Source of the DNA: Catajapyx aquilonaris
Taxonomy: Eukaryota
Length of the DNA: 42,485 bases
Reading direction: 5' to 3'
Assembly (NCBI GenBank): GCA_000934665.2
Contig: KZ538881.1
Location: 1 to 42,485, forward strand
Part shown: positions 23,301 through 37,242 of the stretch, in pieces
How the letters are laid out: each line of letters starts with the position of its first letter
Position numbering within the stretch: position 1 is the first letter of the stretch
Made by a program: the position numbers and the translations under genes
Notes under the pieces: model-generated
What the model was told of the DNA's origin: nothing
What the model saw: the letters and a program-made list of their open reading frames with translations, nothing else
The model's database searches: none

Positions 23301-26300
23301 TTCTTCCCACAATTTGGGTGTGACTGATGACAAAAGTTCTATTGTTTCCAACCATTTATTTCTAACAGTTTTTGTTGCGTTTGAGGAGTTGGCGATAAAC
23401 CTACAGCCGGAATGACCACCTTTCATGAAGTTTCCACTAGTATGTAACTACTGTAGTACTATATGAAAATTATGTGATTATTAATGGCCTTGCGAGATTC
23501 ATTTTTAGCAAGTTCTCATGAGATTCCACAAATTTTGCGCGAACATCTCTCAGATTCCGTTCGCAAACATATTCGCGACAGGTAACACTATTTCCTGTTC
23601 ACAGCATTTGACCTGAATACAATTATTATTTAATCTGATCATGCTGACGTCTTGTTCTCTTCAGAATTAGTAGTGGGTGGCACATCCCTCTTCGGGAATC
23701 GAGTTTTGCCCTTTTCGCAAAAATTTTCCGCGACTCCCCAACCTCTTCTCCTCGCCCACCCCCCCTAGTATTCTGTTGCCTGGGGAACGGCTGTGGAACA
23801 AACTGGTGTGGGCAGTCTTGATTGACGTGCATCCTTTTGGACCCATGCATTTGGAGCCTTCCATTCTGTGTGCACGACCCAAGCCCTTGACTAAAACCTC
23901 GGCGTGGATTTTCCGCCAATTTTCACAAAGCACGGCAGTGAAAACGAGCCAGGACGAAAACACAGGGGGCTGCTTGCTTCATGCTGGTTTGGTTGGTTGG
24001 ATGGTTTTGGTGGTTGTTGGATGCTGATGGGCTGGAGGAGTATATTGCAAATGATCGATGCTTGCCATACCGTTGATGAAGGGGGCCTTGTTTTGCAAGC
24101 AGAAACTATAACATCCTGCGAATGAGACATTGGAGTGTAAATTCCTGCATAATTTAGTGTACACCCCCATTGCACCGCAATGGGTGTGCTGTGCATATTG
24201 ATTGACCATAGGTCGTGGGCGGGATAGTGTATTAGCTGTCGACGGAAGCGTAATGACGTGGTTCCTGTGATCATTACTTGCGTGACGCAGGTGCTGGAGG
24301 ATCGCAGAGAATGGGAACGATGATACATTAGCAGATCAGTCAATGGCAGGTGGAATTCACGGTCACATTTTTGTGCATGTTACAGAATATTAAGATTAAT
24401 CGGTGCACGTATTTAAGTAAATACCTCGTAAATTCGTAACGCCCAATCAACATTTTCATGAAATAGTCGATGATGAAGCAAGTTTTACTCACAAATAATA
24501 CCACTGAAGTAGTAAACAACTCGATAAAAACACAAATCCACATAAATCATAAAGCTGGTATACACCTAATCAAGGATCTTTCTCCCTCGGGAATATTATG
24601 ACAATTGCTCTTTTTTTTGCCAGCGGGTACTAGCACTGTAAGTTATTGCGGAATATATATTTTTACTATAATGCTGCAGGATATATACCGTTTCAGTAAA
24701 AACTGATGCCCTTTAAACACTGGATTACTGTTTGAAAACGAATGCACTGTAGGTGATGGCTGATCGTGATTGAGGCTGGGAAATGGCTTCCATTACTTCA
24801 TTGATAGCTCAATAATTCATATGCGACTTGCACGAGCACGTAGAGCGAGAGAGGTGTGAAAGAGTATTTTTCAATGTGCATTTCTGCACCTGATTGAAAT
24901 GCCGTGCCGATAGTCCGAGTTTGGTGTTGACGATTAGCATGCATGCGAGTGATTGCCATTGTGGTGACAACTTCAGGGCCAAACATTGAGGTAGAAATAT
25001 ATAGCAGTTTTATCCGGTTTTTTAATCTTCTTGCTTGGTATGTACATAATACGGAACCTGTTTACTGCTTAAATATGAGTGCAACGAAAATTGCATGGAA
25101 ATGATATCATTAATACAATGGCGGGTGGTAAATTCTAGGCCACCCCCTCATATTTCAGTTGCATAAACACCTGCAGCAAGTATGTCAACAAGAATTCCTC
25201 TGAAATTCCCGTCCACGCGTTATTAAAGGCAAAATGTTAGCAAAACGTTGGAATGATCCACTCACCTGCCAAGGAATTATGGACCAGTTGACACTTCTTT
25301 ATGTGTCTCTGCAACTGAAATACAACATGTCTAAGATGCCCACCATGCATCAAGTTACTGATTTGACCAGTTTAAAAAACTGGGTGGTCCACTGCCTACA
25401 CTCCCAATTCATGTCGGGTGTAGAAGTTATGGGTTGTACTTCCCAGCCACTTGTTTAACAGCAGCAACAATTCGACAAGTGTTGCTTTCAACACTGATTG
25501 CTCTGTATTACTGGGGTGAACAATTCAAAAAATTATTCATCGCCTATTGAGCTGAAAGCTTGGACAGTATGTGTCGACATTAAATATCAGCGTTTCAGAG
25601 TACTTAAAAAATGCTACAACACTAAATCTGTATTATTTACGTAATCTGGAAACATGTCCTCGACCATTTCAGTTGAATTCTATCACCAGTAAAAATAGTA
25701 TGCAAATATCTATATGGCAAATTACATTACACTGAATACCGAGATAGTCTCCAGGGGGAAGTACATTAGATGAAGACCCCAAAACTGATTAAGATTTGTG
25801 AGAAAATAAATCGTGGGGGAATCCCAGTTGCTCTATCTTGACTAACATTGCCATCTAAATTTGACGGCACGGCTACTTCCTTACGGAGAAGACGACCCTG
25901 ATGCAACATTGGTATAAAAGTCGAGAAGCAAGTGGTTGTAAAGAAGGGAACGAAAGAAAGAAAAAAAAAAAATCCTCTGTGATGGAGTAGTTTGGAGACA
26001 ATCTCATTTATTCCCGGTCATGAAATATGTTGTAGCCTTTACAATAATTTAGTCCTAGGTGTCGCAACATAATGCGAGGTCGAAGGCCGGGGGCGCAACT
26101 TTTGCCCCCGAATGAAAACGTGATTATAAATCGCTCTCGCCAGTCTCAGTGTACAGCCAAGGGGTGTAGACATACTGCATATTTTACAAGACTTTGTAGT
26201 GGGTGATGGGGGGGAGGGAGGGGGGAGAACAGCTCATTAATTTGAGATCTGCTTTGTGACACAATGACGAGAGACCTGGATCTCATTAATTGATTAATTA

Positions 26301-26533
26301 TTCCTCTGATTTGTTGACTCCTCCCCAGCAAAGCCTTGCTGGACCCTTGTTGATAAACACGACGACATGCATGATGCATGCGTGTGCGTGTGGGAGAGGG
26401 CTCGACCCAAGTAGAATTTGCAGTCATGTGTTTGTGTTTGCGGCCTAGAGTTTTCACCTATCCGCACCCCTTTTCGCCATCATCCACCCCCCCNCGGCCA
26501 ACTTTTTATAGATCCGTCCATTATCGCTGAATA

Positions 26534-26613
26534 CAGGGTGAGTCAGAACTTCGGATTGGTCCAGGACGAAATTCCAATGGCGACTGAACGACCTGCAGTT
26601 CTGAATCACCCTG
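26534..26613. mobile_element. 80-bp mariner-type MITE
   Basis: TA|CAGGGTGAGTCAGAACT ... AGTTCTGAATCACCCTG|TA: 17-bp TIRs with 16/17 identity and TA on both sides. Confidence 0.8.
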
Positions 26614-29222
26614 TATGACCCACGGATGAACCGAATTTCGTCAGAATAGTAATACCCTGCAGACGCCACAACTATTTCGTAATCTTCGCCAGCACAATGG
26701 TCGTCATGTATACAGGATGTACTTACTTCTTGGAGTACAATGTACTAGAGATTAGGCCTGATGGCTCCTCGTGGCAGCTGCTCGTGTGGTTGAATTAACC
26801 ACGTGACATTGAGAAATGGTCGGAAGAAATGCAGAAACGTCAAGTGCAGAGGAGTAAACACGAGGCATTTCAAGTGTTGCTCTCGGACAGTAAACAGGCG
26901 ACCGTGAGACACTGGACCCGGACCTGAGGTACAAACTAGCAATAAATTTTTTTTTTGCCAAAAATTTCCAGTCAAAAACCTGACATGGTTAGCAATTTTT
27001 TTGAAGAGTTAGGCCCGCCAGCAGCAATCGCATGTGGAGCCAGAGCAAAAAGGAAGGCGTAATTAAATTCCCCTGCCGACTTAATTCTTTCTAGGAGTCA
27101 TTACCGTTAAGTACCTGGAAGTGTGCAATTTCTAGTGCGCACAAAAAAAAAAAGACGAGTCAATAGCTGAGCAATCCCGTAAGACTACATTAGGCCCACG
27201 CATGTTGCGCCGAGGTCTCCAACCCGCACAAACCAGGTGTTGTGTGCTTCGGAAGTGTGCCAAACTCTGTATTTCACTCGTCGCGGGTGACGTGATACGC
27301 AATAATCACAACTTGATACATTCAACAGGTTCTTTTTGTTAATTAGGTCAAGAACCGCATGTCATTTTTTTTTTCTCTTACGCCTTCTCCAAGTATTGGA
27401 GCCGTCACGTGAAAGGAAGTAATGAATGGGAAAAACGGTTGGTATGGCTTCTGCGCGATGTCCAATGAAATGAGTGATGTTTTGTGGTATCTCCGGAACG
27501 GATTTTTCGCTCTTTGCATGCTAATACCTCAGCAATGGAAAGCAACTCGAGTAGAAAAAAAAGAGGAAGGACAAGTTCTGACCAGGGTAAAATGTTGGTC
27601 TGAAAAGTTGGCCTGGCCAGCTGGCGTGGACCGGACCGGACACTGGCGACCTCGATGGATGGATGTGCGATGATGTGAGCTTGTGTCGTGTGCATTGCTC
27701 GAAGCGGACTCTTGAATTATACTTTTTTTTCCCCCCTCTCAGGCCGTCGCCGCGATTAATGGACACTGCCGGGCTTGGCCGAATTGCTATCGGTTTAATC
27801 TTTCCAGTTATACCTGTTAGAGAAAACGCCGCCCGAGTCCAAACTGAGTTGTCCGGAGGAATGCAACGTGACAAATAAAACAAAGAGGCTAATCCAGACT
27901 TGTAAGGTACTCGGTATACCGAAAAGGTCGCCGATGCAATTAGGTTGCGAGCCGCCTTTTTTTCTTCTTCTTCTTCTCCTACACTACTTATCGTCCCCCC
28001 TTTCTAAATCGCCGAGGTAGTTTACAGTAGTAGGAAGACTGGTTAATATCTTTTGGCCCGACGGTTCCCGTTAAGACGAAAAGTAATATTCGCCATTCCT
28101 TTCCACCTGCGCATACCTTCGTGCCACATAACTCAACCGGATTTGGCGGGAGAGCCCTTACGTCTTTGGTCATCCGGAAAAAGCACGTACACTTTTGCTG
28201 GACCTATGACAATAATTTTTCAGTCGTGAACATTGGGGAAGAGCGCTCGAGGGGTAAATTACTCAACTTTGCGTCCAGTGGCCAGATAATGTTTTTTTGT
28301 GTGTATGGGAAACTGGAGTGTTATGTCCTGAGGCACGATGACATCATCTTTTTGGCTTTATGACCTCAGCGAGGCGCGTCTCGGCGTCACCCACGAAGTG
28401 TGGAGGAGGAATAAGAAGTGGCCATCGGTGGTGGCCGCTTGCTTTTTTTTTTTCATTCTTGAACCTCGAAGGTCCCTCGGACCTCAAGGTGGAGGTGGTG
28501 TTTGCTGGCCGAGACCTTCGCAACGAAGGATACGCACCAAGGCCAGGATCTTGCGAGAAAAACGGAGGATGAGCTTTTGATGGCAATCGGGGTGGGGGTG
28601 TGTTGGAAGGGGGGGAAACGTACTTCAAGGTCCTATTGTTCATAGGGGAGGGGAGGGATGGATGGAAAAGAAGTACCTTGGGAACATTGGAGGGGGGTAA
28701 GTCCACGCCCCCTCGTTTTCCATGGCAAACAAGAGGGGGCTCCCTGGCTTCCGCCTGGACGCCAAACAGGACAGACCATTGTTGTGGAATGAAGGGGTTT
28801 TGAGGAGGCGCGCGTTGGTCATGCGCCCTCGAGGTTGTCGGAAGCTCCCATTTTGACCACAGATCCACGACAATGGAGGAACCCAGCTGGTTCTGCAAGG
28901 CCATTGTTGGACGAATCTGGGTGCCCACCAGTGCGAAAGGGGAGTAGGACAAAAGATAGGCCCGGTGCTTGCTTGTTACAATGAAATTTGGATGGATCTT
29001 GTGAGAGACCGAAAGTGACACGGGTTGTATATCGGGAGAGTTTCTCACGCCCACGTCTCTCTCCCCAGGAAGTAAACAACAATAACAGGAACGGTACTTA
29101 CAAGAGTCAAGTATGGGGTGGCCAGGTGATGGGTGGGACACTTTTCACGTAATTGTGCAGTCACAGAATATGTCGTAATTTACAGGGTGATGTACCGCCC
29201 AGTATGTAGAGCTACTAGTGTA

Positions 29223-29573
29223 CAGGGTGACCCTATAAAGTCTGGACATGTAGGTAATATTATTGTTATATTGTTGGTTGCTTCGGGGCAGTGCTTCCCA
29301 AACTTTGACCGAACTTAATAGATTTGTGGTCGCGAGGGAGGGTCACAAATTATTTTCATAAAATGATTCTGTCTCTCTTGAAAATTATTCCCGTAATGTA
29401 AGTTACAAAATTACAGAACAATAATATTCAGATGATTTTTCATTTCACTCTTTACCTGTCTTTTCATGTTGGGAGATCAAAATGTGCACATCCGGGGGTC
29501 GCGAATTTTACGAGGCGATTTTCTGGGGTCGCCAACAAAAAATATTGGTAAGCACTGCTTTAGGGTCACCATG
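29223..29573. mobile_element. Mariner-type MITE (~74 bp when reconstructed) interrupted by a hAT-type MITE
   Basis: Left end TA|CAGGGTGACCCTATAAAG. Right end CTTTAGGGTCACCATG|TA, whose reverse complement CATGGTGACCCTAAAG gives 12/13 identity followed by a 2-nt indel. Confidence 0.7.
29289..29557. mobile_element. 269-bp non-autonomous hAT (Charlie-like) element
   Basis: TIRs CAGTGCTTCCCAA / TTGGTAAGCACTG (12/13). 8-bp flanking duplication CTTCGGGG (29281-29288) vs CTTTAGGG (29558-29565), 6/8. Repeated subterminal GGTCGC motifs (about 29328, 29494-29504, 29525-29533) and an AT-rich interior. Confidence 0.8.
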
Positions 29574-32500
29574 TATAACAATGCAATGTTATGAAACAAT
29601 ATTGGCAAATGTTGGGTTAATTTCGTAATTTGTACAAAAATTGTAGTCATTGTCTGAATTCCGGAACGACGCTTGGAATACTGTCTGGAATTTACGCGAA
29701 TCCGATTGGAATATATTTAAATCACGTGCGACTCTAAATTGCGCGCAAAACGTGTACGTTTTTGTCTTGAGGAGGCGGCCTTGCTGAGATCAGCTACCTG
29801 CAAAAAGATTGAATCTTTTCTTTCTCTCTCTCTCTCCCCGAGAGAAGAAAGGAAATGGGAGGATAGTAGTCTTGGTAGAAACAACATACGGTAATGGCAA
29901 ACGGGGTGTGTGTACTCTCTGCACAGTGTGTGCTGCTCCCATCATTTTCAGCGGCGTGGTAAATTGCTTTCATTTCAGGAAGCCCGTAGCTCCATGACGA
30001 AACAAGGCCATCTCGTGTGAGATAGGACGCTTTCTTCACGCGAGGCGATAAGCGTTATGGAGAAGCACGTTTTTACATTGAGAAGTTCTATTTTCCTGTT
30101 GTAATAATAATTTTTTTGTGTGTCTGTATGATGGTATGTGCACCCTTGAAAAAAAAGATTCAAACGAGAGCGGTGGGTTCTGATTTTACTTGCCATGCCA
30201 AGTAATTCACGGGCTTGTGAAACCCGGGCCGGATTTTCTGACAGGCGAACCTCGGCTCCCGGGAACCTTCGCGCGAGTGCAATTGTAAATGCAAAAAAAT
30301 TTGCACCAAAAATTAAAGGGTGCAAGGATGCATTCCTTCACGATCGTTCTAGATAATAAACACAAAGGTCTGCTGACCTTTTAACATTGAATTTCATGTC
30401 TGTCGCTCCTGCTGGATCCAATTAAATAAAAGCTATATTCCTGTTTTAATTCGACGCGACTGACAAATATTGTCTTCGTGTATATAGTGAAAGCGAAGTT
30501 ATTGAACTGGTTGTGTAAACCAATTATGCGATTATAGCTATTTCCATGTTCCCTACATTCAAAATAACCTTTTACGAGTCTATTTCTGGTAGGAGTTGGC
30601 GATATTTTTACAAGAATCATCCCGTGATAAGTTAAAGGTCGCAGGGTCATGCATGCACAGCTCACTAGTTGTTACCGCACTAACCAAAAAACCTGCATGT
30701 AACGTCTCCCTGCGTCATTAATAACGGCCTCTTCATGTGATTAATGCGAACTTTATTTTTTTCCAGCCTTGTACGTTTACGTACGTACACAGGCTCTCTA
30801 GTGTGGTCTGCAAAAGGTCGCGTTTTCTGCACGGGTCGTAGATAAACATTCGGATTTATCGCGGGTTATTTTTCAGCATATCAAATGTCATTGCATGATT
30901 ATATATTATATATATATTATATGAGAAAGTACTTTGCATAGAAAGTGTCGAAACTTTGCTTGTGCTGTGTTATTTTTTTGTCATTTTATTTTTTTGCGAT
31001 CGTATGTGATGTATAGGGGGTGACAAACGATATTGCAGAAAAAAACGTTGTGAGTCGTGATGGGTGACATCATATGCGAGTGACGTCAGGTTGGAAGCTG
31101 TCCAATTTACACGGGATGGGTTCAGGCCCTGTTATCATTTTGCCCATGCCCTTGACTGGCCTCAAAAATGGGTCCTGAAAGGGGCGAGGAAGCCAACTCC
31201 GTTGCAATCAAAAGGCAAATAGCCTTCCAGGATGAATTTTTGCCCCGCGATTGTGCCCTTAATTTGTACAGGAACTGGAACCGGTAAGGGGGATAATGTC
31301 AGTGTAATCGAAAACCAGTATGAGAAGCCAGGCTTGGGGGTGGGTTGGTTGGTTGGTGGTGAAAAAGAAGCAAAAGAAGAATGTAGATACTTTTTTATAC
31401 ACCCTTTGCCACCTCACTGCGACATGTGGTGGGTTGGATTTGGGGTGGAGTCCGATGTATGGGGTTATTGTTGTTTGGACTCGGGTGGGTTTGGTTTTTT
31501 GAGGGTCCGCTAAGTCACTGGACGTGGAATGATGGGCATCGTGGTGCGAGAGGGACGGATTGTAATTTGTTAAGGTGAGATAGGTTAGGATTTTTGCAGA
31601 TAGTGCACCCCCTATAACCAGTTTGTCGGCACCGGGATTCAGGCCCCTGTGATCATGTGGCGTGTGGGTCGAAACAAATTTATAGTGAAACTCTTGCCAA
31701 GTTATGAAGCCGTCCATGCGCCTTGATTGGAATAACGCGGCCGCACTTATTTTATCCCAATTAGAGTGAGCATGAAGGGGGTCGCACAAAATGTTACAAA
31801 AGGAAGTCAGGAAATGCAGTTGAGAGAAAGGGGAGGCTATAAATTATTTCTGGATATACTACTAAGGGTTGTTAAAAAAAATGAATTCCCTAACCTTCAC
31901 CTTGTAGCGTCAGAACACGTGGATATCCTAACTTTTTTGACATATACTGTATTAGTACATTATGAAAACCAAAGCAATAAGGAAGGTAAAGAGGAAGTGC
32001 AGTCTAGGGCTGACAAAAATACTTATACAGAACATAGTAATCGAAAGGCTAGTGGTTACAGTACGACAACGTTGCATTAATATTATGATCGGTTATTATG
32101 CAATTTTTGTGAGCAGCATTACAAGTGCCGAAATGGCAACGTGTATGAACCATGAATGAGAATAGCTCCAATGATGCTACCGGTAAGGGAAAATAATGGT
32201 CAAGGACGTTAGTACGTGTTCCACCTCGTGGCGAAATTTCCGCAAGAAAAAAAAAAAACAAGGGGGGAAAAGCCTTGGTCACTATATGAATGGCTTACAT
32301 CTTTGCACCGGGCTTTATGAAAAGAAAATACCTTAGCATTGACCCTGCAGTCACGTCTTATGTCACAATCAAGGACGTGTAATGGTCATTGCCGAAAAAA
32401 AATGTACGTAGCTCCTTACTTAAATTGGATTTGTTAAATAGCCAAATTAATTTATCAAGCTGACGTCATATATCTTTTCGAGAGGCCTGACGTCTTTACC

Positions 32501-35500
32501 GATTTTTTTTGTGGTCTGTTGGGACTGAAATCACTTACAGTTTCGGTTGTGGCCACCCAAGCATCTTGTAACCGTATCGCGGCAAAAGAAGCACAAAAGT
32601 TTTCACGGCGAGACAGTTGTCCGCTGCGGCAGCGGAAAACCTGTCCATATAAGTGGGTTATAATAATAATATTTATTGACCTTTTTCAGGCCTTTCTTAT
32701 TGAGATTGATGGTGCGGAAGAGCACCATTGTTTCGCATTATAATGCGCCGCAGAGACACTTTGCGAAACTGGCAGCTTTATAAGGTCGTAGACCCGCAGA
32801 CTGGTTCTGATGCCGACCAATTCTGCACTTGAGAAGGAGGAGAAGGAGGATCTTTCAATTGGTTATTAAATTGATGGTGTCAAAATGCGCAAAGTTTTTT
32901 TTAAACTCCCGTGTTTGTAGACTCACTTTTTTATGCGAAAAACAACAAAGTAAGGAGAGAGTAACTTGTCATCAAAGCAGGGACATTTTGGCGGGAGAGC
33001 CTCTCTATAGTGAGGTTATTTCCAACCCTATCTTGCAACAATAAGCGTACATATTAAGATTATTAACCATGAAGGAAGTACGCTATAAATTTATACTTTC
33101 AGAACTTTTATTATGAATCGTACAATGGTGTAATAAATTCTGACAGAATTACTTCAGGAAGATGGGACTGCATGAAATATGAAATTGCAATTTGTGGATT
33201 TTTAGGGTGTACTACACTAATGCAATCCACGCGTCCAATAATGACTAGCCCAATTGCCCAAGGCAAAGGGTGTAACATAATGACTCTCGCGCCCATTTCT
33301 TGAGATCTGGGCGTTATTTTGGATGTCGTATGCTGAGTAATTATGATGCAAATGGTTGGAATGATGTTACCTCGGAGTCTGAAATCCTGAAATTTTTGAG
33401 CGTCAAGATATCACTGACTCGTACGGAAATAACAAAACCCAAGATGCGTAGCCCAGGTCACCACGGCAACAGCATTTAATCAAGAGCCAGGCCCTGCTGT
33501 TTACTCGCTTCCGAGCCCGTGAAACGTGGTGCAGAAATTTACAGGGAGTTAAATAGTCATCTCAGTGTGAAATCTAAATAACGTCTCGTTTTGGAGCAGT
33601 TTTGGTGAGTTATACTGGGTGGAGACACTATGATGTAGTGGTTAACTTCCATCAGCTATGAGGATTTGTTTATTTGCATTTTTGCAAGGCCTATTCATGG
33701 AATTTCAAGTTTTGTCGCCACATAGTTGAAAACACAATAAATTAATGATGAATCAGTAAGTGAAATATGTGACATCACTGTTGCGACCAAAAAAAATAAA
33801 TAAATGTGGAGGAAACATGCTGATATTTTTGAAGCAACACACAAGTGCTCACTGTATCACCTTGAACTGAAGGTTCTCGAATGTAAAACACCGCCTGTCG
33901 AATCCTCATCTTTTGAAGGGGAAGTTTTACACCATCGGTTTTGTATATTGCCTTCTTTTTTTCTTTCTTTGCCGGCTTCTCGCTTATTGCTTAGCAGGTA
34001 GACTCTAGAGAGCCCCTGGAGGAAACTCTGCAGTGATGGGATGGATGGTGCAGAGCAGGCATAGTTATTATGCCGGGAGCATTCGGAAAAAAAAAAAGAA
34101 AACCTGTTGCGCTTAGGAAAAAAGGGGGGGTGGGAGGTAGAATTGGCCCGGAGTCTGAAAACAACGATAGGAATGCGTTACAGGCCGTATGCTGTGGAAC
34201 GAAATGACTGCCGAAAAGGACTTAGTATAATCGGAAATGGGCGTAGGATCATAACTATAGAGTTGCCAAAGTGATGAGAGAATCTATTCAAAATTTCAAA
34301 ACTGATTTGCCCCCTTGTTTGCCCCATAGCTGCACATCCAACAGACATGCAAGGTGTTGGCCCCTGGGCACAGTGTGTCTCAACATTTTCAATACTTCCC
34401 ATGGGTGTAGCTGGAGGGATGGGGAAAAAAAGAAGAGAGCCGACCGACTCCTCCCAAATTTTGAGGATCTGGCCCTGCCCTGGGGCAAGGTGGCCTCAGG
34501 CCGGCCTTGGAAATTGTATACACACGCGAACGACACGGATGCGACCATGTTTGGCGCTACCATTTCATTCTGTAGTAGCTTCTGAAGGCCTTCCATGCTT
34601 CAGAGGCAACATCAGAACCACACCAGAAATGGTTTGACCTCTCGAGAAATTACCAACAGTTTTTATTCGGCCTTGCCCCGTGTTGGGCATCGTGTGGTGA
34701 CCGGACGATTTTTTTTATTTATTTTTAAAGCGGATAAATGGCACAATGGGAACATATATCTAAAGTGCGGAAAAGCATCAAGGTGAGCCCTTTGCTGGGG
34801 GGGATCGAGAGAGATTGTGGGAAGGATGAGCTAAGATATATCCCCGCCTTCAAGTTCAGGGAGGTGTTGCGTGGGATTTTCTACCTGGTCGGCCTCCAAA
34901 TCTTTTCTGTAGTCGCAGCCAAACAGTTCGATCGTGGATTTCATGGAAGGTGCTTTTCCTCCCCAAAAATAGTGTGATTAGGAAGTGACTTTTTTTCCCC
35001 CACTTTCCATTGGGCCAGAGTTATTATCATGGTAATCTCCAGATGGAAGGGAAAAGGTGGCAACCGCAACCGGTAAGCTAATTTCTGCCGAGGGCAATTA
35101 CTTGACACTCGCCACATTGTTAGCTTATGGTAATTTGCAACCCGGCGGGTTGTCTTTAGATTTTCTATTTTGTAATTTTGTGTGTGTCCGTGTGTGTGGG
35201 CGACATAACTACCAGCACCGGTCGCGGTCACGCGAGGCGTCAGATGTTGGCCGACCTTTTCCTCGACCCAGTGATGATAATCAGGCATATCAAATGGCAT
35301 GGAATCGAGATCTGGTTGTCCCCACACGATTGCCCTTTGGGTTTCTACCATTTTTTTTTTTCAACTCCCCCATTCTGGTGGGGGTGTGATTTGGGTATGG
35401 CCGAGAGGCGTGAGCGAATGCCTGTGGAACTAGGTGTACCTTTATTCGCGGCTTGTTTACTCGTCCCTTGGCAGTTTCAGCATTGAACACAATCACGAGT

Positions 35501-36900
35501 GGCAATTATGGTAATGCGACAGCAAGGACACGCCGTCATCGTTTAATTCGGCGCTAAACGTCCGTATCTAACACCTAGAACAGGTGGCATAACTATTACG
35601 CCGGCTGTTATTTATTTACGTATTTACACATAAAATTTTTCTGGTGGAGGGAAAATTAATGGTCGACGGGTGGTCACAAAGCAGCCGGAGTTCCTGAATG
35701 TGAGGTGGGAAAGTGACCAACTTGGCCGTAACTTGTTTTCAAACATTTTCTTTTTTTGTGTGTCTTGTGTGTATGCGGGCACTGGTCAACCCCCCCTCTT
35801 CTTCTTCTTCTTTTTTTTCTTTCCATCCCTTGCCTCCCCCTTTTCTTGTTTCCTGGTGGATTGGGAATGCCGTGCTGCTGGGCTGACGTTGCATGCATGT
35901 CCCTGCAAAGGCTCCCGGCAGCCCATAGTGATTACTAACATTGAGGGTCAACATAATTCGAACCTCTCCGGAGGGTTTTCGGCGGCCCAGGAAGGGCATT
36001 TTTCTTCCTCCCAGGGCATATACACACTCCAAGACGTTTCAACAAGTGATGCACCGCCAATCACTGAATAACATTCAGTTGGGCGGAATTTTTCGGAGAA
36101 ATGGTAAATAAAATGGACGGAATGATATGCTGACCAGAGTCAACAGCTAACAGGTTTTTGAAGGTGCAAAAAAACCTGGCGTTTAATTTCCTGCAATTGG
36201 ACACACAGATAACTAGTAGTTTGCGTTCGTTTGCAATGTGCAACCTGTATACATTCCGCGGTGACGTCACAAGAGGCCGTCCCCAGTGTGAACAAATAAT
36301 TATAAAGGCCAATTTTTGCATCTGTTCCAGCAGGCACAGTGTTGGTCACCCTTCAGAATGTTGATTAGTCTCGTCATGGAGAGTTTTTCGCGCCGGAGGC
36401 AAGAGTCAGTGTGACGTCACAGCATCCTCCTTATACATGGATTGTAATTGCTGAGGTCATCGTCTCTAACAATAATTATGCGCTAATGTTAGCAGACGGG
36501 CAGGTCTTAATAATAAAGGAGAGACGTTCGGTATTGTTTCTCCTTCGGAAGGCAGGAGTGGGGGCACGTGCGGAATTGTGACCTTGACCTCCTGCACCAG
36601 AGGCACGCAGTTAAACTACTACACACTCCCCGGCGTCCCTGGCAGAGACCCGCGGATTATGCCATTTTGCCGGTTCGGGGTATCCTTGGCATAGCCTGAG
36701 CTCTGCATGCTGCCCGGCCCCGAGTCGTAAAGTGACTCTGATGGGCAAGGGCATCGGGTATTAGCCATAGTTGGTAGCGTGCCGCGAGGGATCGGGCCCC
36801 TCATTAACACCAACGGCATGTAGTGTATGTGTGTGTGCCCATCGCGCATTTTTTGGCTGGAGTGCAAGTGCAAGGATAGCTGTATGAGATGAGAATGAAA

Positions 36901-37242
36901 AAAAAAATGCAGTGCATGCAAATTGTTGCCCAGTTGACTTCATTCTACTGAAGGCGATAAAAGAGCAATAAATGCATCAACATGGCATATTTTTATAAGT
37001 TAATAATGAAAATACTGACCTGATTTAAGTTGACATATCTGAAACCTGTAGCATTGATGGTCTGCACGGTTTTCTATATAATATATAAAAAATTGCAGTA
37101 CACTTGGAAATTGCTGTCCAACTTCATTCTACTGAAGGCCATAAAAGAGCAATAAATGCTCCAACATGGAGAACATTAATTTTCATATTTTTATTGCGCT
37201 AATAATGAAAATATTGACCTGAATTCACATATTGGTCTGCAC
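36901..37242. repeat. Diverged two-copy tandem duplication, period ~184 bp
   Basis: Core ACTTCATTCTACTGAAGGC[G/C]ATAAAAGAGCAATAAATGC is 38/39 identical at 36937-36975 and 37121-37159. Further shared blocks: TAATAATGAAAATA[C/T]TGACCTGA, and TGGTCTGCAC at 37058 and 37233. Confidence 0.9.

Noticed and set aside
25266..25350. - strand peptide LQRHIKKC resembling the end of a BED zinc finger
   Set aside because: No upstream CxxC or aromatic motif in frame; too short to support a transposase remnant.
26088..26110. GC hairpin CGGGGGC...GCCCCCG as a Helitron 3' end
   Set aside because: No CTRR terminus at the expected distance.
28344..29141. Longest ORF (265 aa, - strand)
   Set aside because: Pro/Ser-rich translation simply mirrors G-runs on the + strand in a locally GC-rich, stop-poor block. 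No family similarity or splice support.
36901..37242. Repeat considered as a CRISPR-like array
   Set aside because: Only two copies, the intervening sequences are homologous rather than unique spacers, eukaryotic context, no cas genes.
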